Assembly (NCBI RefSeq): GCF_006345805.1
Contig: NW_021836142.1
Span: 62,001-126,000, forward strand
From: Octopus sinensis
Lineage: Eukaryota
DNA: 64,000 nt
Direction: 5' to 3'
Made by a program: the position numbers and the translations under genes
The notes under the pieces: generated by a model
The model's input: the letters and a program-made list of their open reading frames with translations, nothing else
What the model was told of the DNA's origin: nothing
The model's database searches: none
In this document: one piece after another, positions 1 through 12,580 of the stretch
How the letters are laid out: each line of letters opens with the position of its first letter
How positions within the stretch are numbered: position 1 is the first letter of the stretch

Positions 1-822
1 CTGAAGAGGAAGGACTGGGAATGGTGGTTAGTATGTGGCCTAGAGAGCTGGACACAACAAAAGCGATGAAATGCAGAGGGATGGGCAGAACAGAAATGCT
101 TGATTAGTGTAGGTATGAGGCCAGCCACCTCCAAGGAATAGAAACCGTTATAGTTTAGACATAATTTGAAACTCAGAACAACTAAATACCAGTATTTGTT
201 TTCTTGCCTGATATAGGCATTGTTTCTTATGATTGATGACTAAGTATCAGTCAAGACAATATCTATATATTTTCTCCGAAGCTGCTCAGGCTTTCCTACA
301 TTACCAGTTTAATTATTCAGGATGATGTTGTTGTTATTGTTGGTTAGTAATCTTAGAGAATTCTGATTAAGAAAGATCAAAGGTAAAGAAATATTTAAAA
401 ATAAATAAATAAATGAAATAAAATTTGGCTGGTGATCTGCAAAATCAAGATGACAGATAAGTTTTAAAATGTAGGGATAAAGATATGAATGACAGAATAA
501 TTCACTTTAGACAATCCTGCGCAGACAAACATCAATTTTCCATATTGACTTCCCTTGCTAGAATCTTTTATTTTCAATCTTAAATTGACTTCTCAAAATA
601 AGCCATATATAATTCAATATCTCTTACTCTTCTTGTCTGCAATACTTCAGTGTCTGGCAAACATTTATGTTACCATGACGGATTGTTGGATCACACATAC
701 TGACAGTAGTAACAACACTGTTAATCTATTAAATGATCGCTATTTTATACCCTTGCCAAACTTGTATATGTATCAATGCGGGGACAGAATTAGAAGCTCT
801 GACAGATGGACTAACAAATCTA

Positions 823-823
823 T

Positions 824-888
<65 letters not shown>
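823..888. repeat. (CA)n microsatellite
   Basis: Direct: long CACACA tract; explains the THTH/HTHT ORFs at 555-1346. Confidence 0.95.
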
Positions 889-892
<4 letters not shown>

Positions 893-1687
893 ATATTTGT
901 GCATACACATGCCTGAATGTGAATAAACAGACATCAACAAAGAGAAAAAAGGCAGACAGACAGACAGTGACAGATTATGATAGCTTTGCTAATACACATA
1001 TCCTGTGCAAATACATTTATTTACACATATATATATTTGTATTTATATGTGTATATATGTTTATATTTATTTATGTGTATATATTACAGCCTTTTATATG
1101 CATATATATACATACATATGTATATAGATACATGTGTATAAATATATATATAGACACACACACACATACATGCAAACATACATACCTATATACATATATA
1201 TGTGCGTGTGTATATACATATTGCATCATCTTCATCATTTTACATTCATTTACTATTTAGGCATGTGCTGGATGATGACACAACAGAATCCGACATTTCA
1301 GAGGACATGCTGGACAAGTATCTCAATTTTGGCCCAGTTTCTATGACCCTTCCTTGGACCACCCACTTTACAGAGTGTATTGGATACATTTAATAAAGTC
1401 ACCTGTACTTTAGAGGTTGTTTTGCTTCTAACAAGACTAACATGTCCTCTCTAGCTAATATCATCTCTTCTTAATTTGCCAATCCCTCCACACGACAAAA
1501 GCACATCACTGAGTGTTTTCACATGGTTCCATACACAGATTTCATGGAAGAAGGTTTATGTTCCTATAACCTGTGTTAATTCTGTAACCCTTTAAAATGG
1601 AAGATAAGAAAGTTCATTTTTGGCACTTGATGCTTTTCTTTTTCCGTAAAGTGAAAAATGCCTCACAAGCAACCAAAGAAATATGCG

Positions 1688-2066
1688 AGTGCCGGTGGCA
1701 CATAAGAGAACTATCCAAACGTGGCCATTGCCAGTGCTGCCCCAACTGGCTTCCATGCCGGTAGCAGGTAAAAAGCACCATCCGATCGTGGTCATTGCCA
1801 GCCTCGCCTGGCCTCCGTGCCAGTGGCACGTAAAAAGCACCATCCGATCGTGGCCGTCTGCCAGCCTCGTCTGGCACCTGTGCCGGTGGCACGTAAAAAG
1901 CACCCACTACACTCATGGAGTGGTTGGCGTTAGGAAGGGCATCCAGCTGTAGAAACATTGCCAGATCAGACTGGGCCTGGTGCAGCCTTCTGGCTTCTCA
2001 GACCCCAGTTGCACCGTCCAACCCATGCCAGCATGGAAAGCGGACGCTAAATGATGATGATGATGA
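1688..2066 (+). mobile_element. 3'-end fragment of RTE-type LINE (or RTE-tailed short element) with ~57-bp subrepeats and (TGA)n tail
   Basis: GGTGGCAC..AAAAAGCACC subrepeats, then ..CATGGAAAGCGGACGCTAAA(TGA)n. The same 3' end recurs more than 10 times in the window and is contiguous with RTE coding sequence at 56990-58130. Confidence 0.8.
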
Positions 2067-2067
2067 T

Positions 2068-3066
2068 AGAGTGGTTTTTTTATCCAAAAGAACTGTACGG
2101 ATGTGGTTTACAAGATTCCAAGCTGGATATTGTAGCTTATTGATAAAGAGTGATCAGGCTGACCATCCACTACAGATGATGACCAAATCAAGTCATTAAT
2201 TGAGAATAGCCCACATTGCACAACCTGAGAATTGGCAGAAAGTCTCAACCTATCAAAAATCTATCATTCAAGAGCACTTGGTAAAGCTTGGGTTCACAAA
2301 TTGCTTTGATGTTTGGGCACCACATGAGTTGAGTGAGAAGAACCATTTGGATCGCATTTCCATCTGTGATTTGGTTTATAAACGGAATGAAAACGTGCCT
2401 TTTTTAAAGCAAATTGTGACAGGTGATGAGAAATGGATTATCTACCGAAATGTTCAGAGAAAGCAATCCTGGAGTAAGCGACATGAGCCACCCTTAGCCA
2501 CCCCAAAAGCGGATCTTCACCCTAAAAATGTCTTGCTTTGTGCCTGGTGGGATTGGAAAGGAATTCTGTACAATGAGCTTCTCCTAAGTAACCAGACATT
2601 TAATTCTGAGAAATACTGCACATAACTGGACGAGTTAAAAGCAGCAATTCAAGAGAAACATTCAGAATTGGCCGACAGGAAGGCTGTTGTTTTCTAACAT
2701 GATAATGCAAGACCGCATGTTTCTTTGGGAACCAGACAAAAATTGCTGCAGCTCGGCTGGGGTGTGTTACCCTACCCTCCACATTCACCAGATATTGCTC
2801 CTTTGGATCTCCACTTATTCAGATCTCTGCAGAATAGTCTTAATGGTAAAAATTTCAATTCCTTGGATGACTTAAAAAGATACCTTGATGAATTTTTTGC
2901 CATGAAACCAACTCATTTCTGGGAAGAGGTTATTTTCAAGTTAAAGGAAAGATGGAGACACATTGTGCAACAAAATGGTTCATATTTGGTTGATTAGAAA
3001 TGTAATGGCAAGTATTTATTGACCTTTTTCTTTCCTTTAAAAATTGGCAGGAACTTTCCGGACAAC

Positions 3067-3072
<6 letters not shown>
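2068..3072 (+). pseudogene. 5'-truncated, degraded mariner transposon (DD34D transposase)
   Basis: Motifs WAPHEL, TGDEKWI, HDNARPH (2698-2718) and YPPHSPDIAPLD, with 34 residues between the 2nd and 3rd Asp. In-frame stops and frameshifts. Right TIR ..GAACTTTCCGGACAACCCAA then TA; left TIR absent. Confidence 0.92.
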
Positions 3073-3109
<37 letters not shown>

Positions 3110-4052
3110 TTGTTCTTATAATGGGTTTTGATTAATCTTCATTTACCAAAGCCATTCACAAGACTTTGGTCGGTCCAGGTCTGCCTGGAGGCTAAGATGA
3201 CCATGCAGTAGGGCTCAACCAAAAATCACGCGACAGAGAATTGACCACATTGCAATGCCTAAAGTGCTGTGTGATTCATTTGAGGTATATTTGACTGCTA
3301 TTTTAGCTTAGAAGTTCCCTTAGTAGTTTGAATAGAAAGATTTTCCTGAGAACATTGGCATTGACAAAAAAAATGTAGTGAGATTTTGTATATTTAAATA
3401 GTTCCTGTTCTATTCCTGTCAATTTTCGCGTATATCAACAACACTGGTTATTTTTGTACATATCATTCTTTCTTGTGAAACTACACTGGTAAATACAGTT
3501 TTAAAAGGAAAAAAAAAATAGAGATATAAAGTCTCCATGCATCTTTTGACAGGAGCATATACAGAAAAAAAGAAAATGTTCCTTTTTGCAGACACTGCCA
3601 TGTGTATAATGATAGACTTTCAGAAACTCAGATAATTGCACTCTACATCTCGGAATTCAAGTACATGAGCTGATATCAGTACAAATTCATGAAGCGCATT
3701 CAGAGACCCGTTCCTAAAACATCTTTGTAGCTGACCTTTTGACCATCTTCTCAACTTCTTAGTTCTGCTTCATTTCTTTTCATTTTTTCTTTCTCTCTCC
3801 CTCTGTTTCTTTTTTTTTTTTCTTTTTCTTTTTTGATTGTTGTTATTCTTTGAGAATTTTTCTACTATCATCACTTTTCATTGATTCTCTGATCAAATGT
3901 CTGATTTCCTTTGATGCCAGAAAATACAAAAGCAAACACTTACATACAAACATAACTTCATGATATCAAAATATATCCACATATCACTACACATAAACAG
4001 CACTGGATATTAAGTACATGTACACATTTCTGTCAGTGTATGTATGCATGTA

Positions 4053-4084
<32 letters not shown>

Positions 4085-4102
4085 TGTATGTATCTCTCTC
4101 TC

Positions 4103-4135
<33 letters not shown>

Positions 4136-5239
4136 GTGTGTGTGTGTAGTTTTACATTCACTTTTGAAACAGGCATGGGTTAGCTGGTTTGCCACAATTT
4201 GAGTCCGGACATATTCAAGGTTAATGATTACCTAAACAGATTAGAAGTCAATGTCTCATGAGTTTCATTTGTGGATTGGTTCCTACAGCAACATGTCGTT
4301 CTTATCACCAACCAAATTACAGCATATACTGGGTGCTGTTTTTCATGACACCATTATGGGACATGTGTCATGGTTTAGACAAGACTAAAGAAATTTCCTA
4401 ACCTTTTTGCATATACATGTACCTATATTTATTTATACAAATATATATAAACATGCACCTGCACACACATACTGTTTTCCAAAATGGAGGTGAACACCTT
4501 TCTCCATGTGATTGGCTTGAAAAATTGTTAAGACACTCGGATATTTTCCTACTTTTCATAAAGTGAAACCAATGGTAGCCTTAATTAAAAAATAAAGAGA
4601 TTATATCAACCAATGCGGTGTTCAGCACTCATTTTAATCATTCAATATTTACATATATATATGTGTGTGTGTGTGTGTGTGCGTGTGTGTGTGTATGTAT
4701 ATATATAGTCAATTCAAATGAAAGAACTATAAAATTAACAATAACAGACAAGAGGACATGCACAAGGAGTAAAAAGGTGAGATTTTGACATTTCAAGTAT
4801 AGCTCTTAGTTGGAAAGGAGAAAGGAAAAAGTCCAAAGAAGGAAAAGAAATCGCCAACTGTACATGTGCAGTTACATTGCTATATATATGTACATACATA
4901 TATATAGTGAGAAAAGGGAGGAAAAGAATTTCAATTATCCCCACATGGTAAGTTGTAATGCAAAAATGTACATATATATAATAAAAGAAAGAAAATGCAT
5001 ACAGTTTACATAGTTTTAATATATCTTGAATGAAAGAGTATTGTCGTTGTCAACCAGTTTCACTTTTGCTAATCATAACATTGAAATTATTGTGATTTTG
5101 TATTCTCTTAAGAAGCTTTTAGTGAATGTTCTTGTATGAAAGTTTGTGAATGAATCACTCAACATACTAATTGACTTAGACCCATTAGCCCCCAAAAATT
5201 ATGCACTTATGTATGTATGTATGCATGTGTGTGTTTCTA

Positions 5240-5396
5240 GATGAGCAGGCTTCTTTCAGTTGCTGTGTACCAAATCCACTCACAAGGCCTAGGTTGGCAC
5301 AAGGTTATAGAAGACACTTGCCCAAGGTTCCTCACAGTGGGACTGAACAAGAAACCATGTAGTTGGGAAGCAAACCTCTTACCAAACAGCCACACC
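5240..5396 (-). mobile_element. tRNA/CORE-type SINE (family C), partial
   Basis: Reverse complement gives a tRNA-like head (GGCTGTTTGGTAAG..GTTCAGTCC) and CCTTGGGCAAGTG core motif; many sibling copies in the window. Confidence 0.8.
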
Positions 5397-5488
5397 TACA
5401 TTTTATACATATATATATATATGTATGTGCGTATTTATATATGTGTGTGCGTATGCATCCATATATGTTTGTGTATTTTATATATATA

Positions 5489-5527
<39 letters not shown>

Positions 5528-5697
5528 AACTTACTTGGAAATATATATATATATATATAATTCATAAATGAAGGCAAAGGAAAACATTTCTAATGCCAAA
5601 TATGCCGAAAAATTGGACATATTGTCCATTAACTGTATAAATTTTTCACAATACACACGCTACTCGAAAAAAGGTCAACAGAAATTTCTAAAAAATT

Positions 5698-5770
5698 CCA
5701 TTATTACCATATCGGACCGATTTCAGAGTTAGCTACTAAGAGCCCTCTCTTCGTCAGTGATACATGTGGC
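5698..5770 (-). ncRNA. Type I hammerhead ribozyme, intact core
   Basis: Minus strand: UAUCA-CUGACGA-AGAG AG GGCU CUUAGU AGCU AA CUCU-GAA-AUCGG U CCGAU-A/UGGUA. Core 5757-5751 and 5724-5721; stems I, II and III all pair; predicted AUA cleavage between 5710 and 5709. Confidence 0.88.
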
Positions 5771-6542
5771 AAAAGAAATAAATGAGATACTTACTCGCAC
5801 CCATGGAAGAAGAAAATACTAAGTCATGGGCACAACTAAGTACCCCAAATACATCCAAAATAGAAATACTCCAGCCCATTCGAGGCACGTGCGATTTGAA
5901 CTGAGACTCTCACAGAGTGATTTAGTTAGTTCGGAAGCGAACGCGTAAATTTATATCAAATGTGAGGATAAAATTCTTTTCGAAAAAAAATATATTTTCT
6001 TGAAAAAAATTTTATCAATGGCCAGCATATTAAAAAATACCTTTAACGGTTAAATTTATAAACAATTCATAAATGAGGGCAAAGGAAAAAATTTCTAATG
6101 CCAAATATGCCGAAAAATTGGACATATTGTCCATTAACCATATAATTTTTTCACAATACGCACGCTACTCGAAAAAAGGTCGACAGAAATTTCTAAAAAA
6201 TTCCATTATTACCATATCGGACCGATTTCAGAGTTAGCTACTAAGAATTGTTTATAAATTTAACCGGTAAAGGTATTTTTTAATATGCTGGCCATTGATA
6301 AAAATTTTTTCGAGAAAATATATTTTTTTTCGAAAAGAATTTTATCCTCACATTTGATATAAATTTACGCGTTCACTTCCGAACTAACTAAATCACTCTG
6401 TGAGAGTCTCAGTTCAAATCGCACGTGCCTCAAATGGGCTGGAGTATTTCTATTTTGGATGTATTTGGGGAACTTAGTTGTGCCCATGACTTAGTATTTG
6501 CTTCTTCCATGGGTGCGAGTAAGTATCTCATTTATTTCTTTT

Positions 6543-6606
6543 GCCACATGTATCACTGACGAAGAGAGGGCTCTTAGTAGCTAATTCTGAAATCGGTAAT
6601 AATGGA
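6543..6606 (+). ncRNA. Defective hammerhead copy (cleavage site deleted)
   Basis: CTGACGA 6556-6562 and GAAA 6589-6592 are retained, but GAAATCGGT-AATAATGG lacks the 10 nt (CCGATATGGT) of the intact copy that form stem III 3' strand and the cleavage triplet. Confidence 0.8.
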
Positions 6607-6849
6607 ATTTTTTAGAAATTTCTTTCGACCTTTTTTTGAGTAGTGTGCGTATTGTGAAAAAATTATATGGTTAATGGATAATATGTCCAACTTTTCGGCA
6701 TATTTGGCATTAGAAATTTTTTCCTTTGCCCTCATTTATGAATTGTTTATAAATTTAACCATTAAAGCTATTTTTTAATATGCTGGCCAATGATAAAATT
6801 TTTTTCGAGAAAATATTTTTTTTTTCTAAAAAAATTTTATCCTCACATT

Positions 6850-6884
<35 letters not shown>

Positions 6885-7823
6885 GACACCCCATGTCTTG
6901 TGCTATTTCCACTCTACCAGTCATTCACTACAACATCTGTCTGTGTTCAATGTGTCTTTACACAGGAGCCATCCAGACTCCCACCTTCACTGTGAACAGG
7001 AATAAATCCTCTGTTTGCTCTTTTGTACTCACATGGGTTCTACTTCTCCCTCTCTTCATCTGACACCTACCTCCTCTCCTTTCTTCATTGATACTATGCC
7101 AACCCACCCCCACACCACACTCCATACCATCACACCACATAACTCCACACACACTAGCACTGACCACCTTGCAGCATACACACGACACACCATACACCAT
7201 CATGCTCACTCTAACACCCACACAAGCACATAATACCTGAATACAGGCTATATATACATACACACAACATGCATTAACACACACTACATACATAGACAAA
7301 GTTAACTTAGGCCCCCATATATACACCATACACATGCACTCTGTTTAGTCACAGACACACACATGCACACACACATGTACACACACCACATGAAAAAGCA
7401 CACTGTAACTGCTACATACAACACACACATGCACACACAAGTTACAGATGCATACACTTACATATGCACATACTCACACACATCAGAGCCACTAAGCCCT
7501 ATTCACACACACGCACTCACACATTCACACACACCATTCTCACTTACACATGCACCTTCATTTGGGATCACCAGCACTTTATTATCTCCCTTTCTTTCAA
7601 TCTCTTCTTTCAAACTTCTTTCTAATCATTTGCCATGCTTGATTGCTATATCTTCAAGTTGCATTTTCCTTCTCTCTCTGTATATTTTCTCTTATTACTT
7701 TCTGTTGAAGAGTGTAGGCTCAAAATATAAGGGTTTTTTTTTAATTTTTCATTTTTCCAAGCATCTAACTAATACACTTGCTTGTTTTTCATATACCTGT
7801 CTTTGTCTTTCTATAAATTTCAG

Positions 7824-7858
<35 letters not shown>

Positions 7859-8654
7859 CATCATTTAATGTCCTCCTTCCTCTTTTCATCCTGACATGAG
7901 CTGAATAGTTTGATAGGAACTGCCAAGACCCCCCTCTCTCTCTCTCTCTCTCTTGATACATATGTGTGTGTGTATGTTTGCATGTGCATATAATTTTGTG
8001 ACGTATATCTGTATAATACATTAATTTATTCTAACATTTATGTGCATACCTAGTTAACAAAAAAGGTAATTCCTAATGTGTCTGGATTCATTACAAATTA
8101 GTGATGTTGATATCTAAATGGTTGACACTCAAAAACCTCAATAACTGAGTTATTAAGATTTCTAAAAGACAGATTTTCTAAAGTACATAATCTTCAGATT
8201 TTAAATTTATTTGTAAATAGTTTGAATCTACAAGAATATTCCATTTGATGTTGAATGCAATATAACATTCTTGCAAGGTTGAACCATGGCTTAGCTAGAC
8301 ATATTACCCTTTTTTTATAATCTAGAAGGAAGCTATTTAATTTCAGCTGTGATGTTTAAATTCATTATCCATCAAATTCATAACATTTCTACCCAGTATC
8401 AGTGTTTTTGGTGAAAGTCACTCTTTTTTTAGATAATTCACCTTAGCATTTCAAATGCATGAGCAATCTATTAATATTAGTTTGGTTGGGTTTTTTTGAT
8501 TTGAAATTCCACTTATTATTCGTGCAGCTGTAACCCGCTTTTAAGTTGTTTTTATTAAATAATTTCCACTTGCATTTTTGACTAGGAAATGCTAACTACT
8601 AAGAAGTTTTATACTTATTTGTTTTGATGTGATGCTTGCCATCTAAGAAATCCT

Positions 8655-8950
8655 CATCATCATCATCATTTAACGTCTGTTGTCCATGCTAGCATGGGTT
8701 GGACGGTTTGACCAGGGTCTGGGAAGCCAGGAGGCTGTGCCAGGCTCCAGTCTGATCTGGCAGTGTTTCTACAGTTGGATGCCCTTCCTAACGCCAACCA
8801 TTCCGTAAGTGTAGTGGGTGCTTTTTACGTGCCACTGGCACAGAGGCCAGAGGAGGCTGGCAAATGGCCATGATCGGTTGGTGCTTTCTACGTGTCACCA
8901 ACACAGACGCCACGTTTGGATGGTGCTTTTTATGTGCCACCGGCATGGGT
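8655..8950 (-). mobile_element. RTE-type 3'-end fragment
   Basis: (CAT)n tail followed by the reverse complement of the 1688-2066 family. Confidence 0.8.
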
Positions 8951-9272
8951 ATCTTACACATACACACTCACATACACACATATTATATTACATTCAAATA
9001 TATATCTTTATTTTATATTTTTCATTATCGTGTCTGCATTATCTTTGCATCACACATACATGTATATTCTATGTGATTCGTAAATGAGAGTATTTTTGTG
9101 TGTGTATGTGTAAGTAATATATATTCATTGATAATGATGTTTACATATGTATGTATATATATATACATACATATATATATGTGGATATATATATCCACAA
9201 AAACACAGGGATGAGCAGAGACATCATTTCAGTGACATATTATATGTATACCTTAATGAAATATAGACTCAC

Positions 9273-9447
9273 AATAATCCTCTGGGAATGCTACTATCAG
9301 AGACACTAATGTAATTTTTAGACATTGTTTATTATGAGACAAAATTCCACAAATGTAGTTAACTCCTGCCACTGAAGTAATTTTATCAGTGTTGCTATTT
9401 GTAGCAGTAATTGTTTGACATATGCTACTTAAATATGTAACTATATT
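9273..9447 (-). CDS. Candidate internal exon of an unidentified host gene (NIVTYLSSICQ...LIVAFPEDY)
   Basis: 175 nt open in phase 0 to 1; acceptor tttctcattatacaag, canonical donor GTGAGT (9272-9267); non-repetitive sequence. No recognisable homology. Confidence 0.3.
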
Positions 9448-9710
9448 CTTGTATAATGAGAAATACATTAATATATAATATACAATACTGTTTTTTATTG
9501 GTGAGGTCAGGAATGAAGTAGTAATTACGTATAATAAACTATTTGTATTTATGGACATTTGAAGCATCTAACATTAATAAGATAATAATTGCTTGTATAT
9601 CTGTGCATGTATTTGTAATATATGTTTATAAGTCTTGTCATTGTTTTGTTGACTGCTCAATATGAATATCAAAATAATGTCCGTACTTGACAGATATTTT
9701 ATGAATTGAC

Positions 9711-10107
9711 TCTCTGAAATCGAAATCGATCAACATCAATGGAAATTGCAACTGTGATACCAGTGCCGGTGGCACGTAAGAGAACCATCCGAATGTGGCC
9801 ATTGCCAGCGCTGCCCCGACTAGCCTCGTGCCGGTGGCACGTAAAAGGCACCATCCGTTCGTAAAAAGCACCATCTGATTGTGGTCGTTTGCCAGCCTTG
9901 CCTGGCACCTGTGCAGGTGGCACGTAAAAAGCACCCACTACACTCACGGAGTGGTTGGTGTTAGGAAGGGCATCCAGCCATAGAAACATTGCCACATCAG
10001 ACTGGGCCTGGTACAGCCTTCTGGCTTCCCAGACCCCAGTTGAACCATCCAACCCATGCTAGCATGGAAAGCGGACGCTAAACGATGATGATGATGATGA
10101 TGATGAT
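9711..10107 (+). mobile_element. RTE-type 3'-end fragment
   Basis: Same subrepeats and (TGA)n tail as 1688-2066. Confidence 0.8.
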
Positions 10108-10289
10108 AAAAGGCAAAGTTAACCTTAGTGAAATTTGAACTCAGCAAATAAAGGCTTGTAACTCAACACCATGCACCTTTGTTGGATGCTCTAACTAATC
10201 AGGCAGTAGGAAAAAAAACATTTAAGTACCCTGACACCCTGTCTTTGTTTAAAGTATATTTTCTTTTAATTTCTTTTTCTTTTCTTTTT

Positions 10290-10474
10290 TTACTTGTTCA
10301 AGTCATTTGACTGCGGCTATGCTGGAGCACCACATTTAGTCAAGCAAATCGACCCCAGGACTTATTCTTTGTAAGCCTAATACTTATTCTATCAGTCTCT
10401 TTTGCCGAACCACTAAGTTACCAACATCGGTTGTCAAGCGATGGTTAGGGAACAAACACAGACACATAAACATA

Positions 10475-10511
<37 letters not shown>

Positions 10512-10721
10512 TCTTTACTCTTTTACTCTTTTACTTGTTTCAGTCATTTGACTGCGGCTATGCTGGAGCACCACATTTAGTCAAGCAAATCGACCCCAGG
10601 ACTTATTCTTTGTAAGCCTAATACTTTTCTATCAGTCTCTTTTGCCGAACCACTAAGTTACCAACATCGGTTGTCAAGCGATGGTTAGGGAACAAACACA
10701 GACACATAAACATATGCATAT

Positions 10722-10768
<47 letters not shown>

Positions 10769-11178
10769 TCTTTACTCTTTACTCTTTTACTTGTTTCAGT
10801 CATTTGACTGCGGCCATGCTGGAGCACCGCCTTTAGTCGAGCAAATCGACCCCGGGACTTATTCTTTGTAAGCCCAGTACTTATTCTATCGGTCTCTTTT
10901 GCCGAACCGCTAAGTGACGGGGACGTAAACACACCAGCATCGGTTGTCAAGCAATGCTAGGGGGACAAACACAGACACACAACACACACATACATATATA
11001 TACATATACATATATACGACAGGCTTCTTTCAGTTTCCGTCTACCAAATCCACTCACAAGGCATTGGTCAGCCCGGGGCTATAACAGAAGGCACTTGCCC
11101 AAGATGCCACGCAGTGGGACTGAACCCGGAACCATGTGGTTGTTTAGCAAGCTACTTACCACACAGCCACTCCTGTGT
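10290..11178 (-). mobile_element. Family C SINE cluster: two tandem-duplicated 3' halves plus one full copy
   Basis: 10290-10510 and 10530-10768 share private variants (ACCACATTTAGTCAAGC, AAGTTACCAACATCGG). 10769-11178 is a complete copy with (GAGTAAAA)n tail and tRNA-like head. Confidence 0.85.
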
Positions 11179-11631
11179 ATATATATATACACACATACAT
11201 ACATACATACACACATACATATACGACAGGCATCTTTCAGCTTCCATCAACCAAATCCATTCACAAGGCTTTGGTCAGCCTGAGTCTATAGTTGAAGATG
11301 CTTGCCCAAGGTTCCTGCAGTGGGGCTGAACCCGGAACCATGTGGTTGAGAAGCAAGCTTCTTACCAACAGCCATGCCTGTGCCTTATTGGTTTATTGGT
11401 TCTTGTGCATGGCCATATTTCCTACTGCAGAGGCTGCATAACTCTGATACATGTGTGTATTTTGTAGAGTATTGTTGTTGCAAGAAACTATCTCTATTGT
11501 ATGAATATAGTGGTGCTTATGAATAAATAAATGTAGTGTATCCAGGATCAAATGTTAGGATAGTCATCACTGGAATGTCTTTGACCTGGGGTTAAAAAAC
11601 AACAATAGTTAGCATAAATTGTCTATGTTAA

Positions 11632-12050
11632 AGGCATGGCTGTGCAGTTTAAGAAGCCTGCTTTGCATCCACATAGTTTTCGGCTCAGTCCCACGGCACA
11701 GAACCTTGGACAAGTGTCTTCCTATAGTACAAGGCCAACCAATGCTTTGTGAGTGAATTTTAGGTGATGGAAACTGCATGCAAGCCCAACATGTGCGTGT
11801 GTGTGTGTGTGTGTATGTGTTTGTGTTATGCGTCTGTGTCTTTGTAATCATGTTAGTCCTCTTCACTGCCTGACAATTGGTGTTGGTTTATTTTCATCCT
11901 CATAACTTAGCTGTCAGATAAAAGAAATAAATGGAATAAGTACCACACTGAAAAAAGTCCTGGCGCGGGGGTCGATGTTTTTTGACTAAACTCTTTAAGG
12001 TGATGCAAAATCGTGATTGCCGTCCAATGGCTGAAACAAATGAAAAAAAG
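11632..12050 (+). mobile_element. Family C tRNA/CORE SINE
   Basis: GGCATGGCTGTGCAG head, CCTTGGACAAGTG core, GAAACAAA tail. Confidence 0.75.
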
Positions 12051-12580
12051 AAAGAAAAAAAGGTATACAATGCATCTGCCAAATCAATACCAATAGCTAA
12101 TTTAGAGTCAGATGTGAATCTTATTTAATAAATGATTGAAAAAAAAAATTGGAAAATTGCTGAATAAATTATTTACAGAAAAAAATAAGTGGTATGTTTT
12201 ATTAAATGTAGTTGTTCTTTTTCTCTAGAAGTAGATATGCAAACAGCTAAACACTAATATAAACATAGAATTCAGAACAACAGCAGCAACAATAAACATT
12301 AAAAGGAAGGTTTAATGAGACAATCAATGGTTCTCTGTGTTTTCAAAAGAGCAAATTATAGGTATTTGTGAACTCAACTTTAAATGTTTGTATTCTGTTA
12401 CATGTCTTGATTCCAAATATAGGTTCCACAACATTGTACTAGATAGTAAAGATTGTTTGCCAACATAACATGGCAGTCCTGGTTTAGGACTAATATTGCT
12501 GTAATTTAGCCCCAGGAGACAACGTCTCCAGCTGGCTATACGACACGATTTGTGTCCTTATATTTTCGAACAATATACAA

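Larger units (their letters stand above)
5559..6854. mobile_element. Non-coding retrozyme-like element: 505-bp HHR-containing unit, ~1.4 copies forward then ~1.2 copies inverted, flanked by (TA)n
   Basis: AATTCATAAATGA.GGCAAAGG at 5559 and 6064 (period 505). Orientation switches at 6245/6246; inverted unit 6246-6740, partial copy to ~6854. Contains HHR cores; no ORF. Confidence 0.85.

Noticed and set aside
1261-1393. Candidate exon HVLDDDTTESDISEDMLDKYLNFG..
   Set aside because: An acceptor is present, but there is no clear donor or homology, and the opposite strand looks like decayed retroelement sequence. Unresolved, so not reported as a feature.
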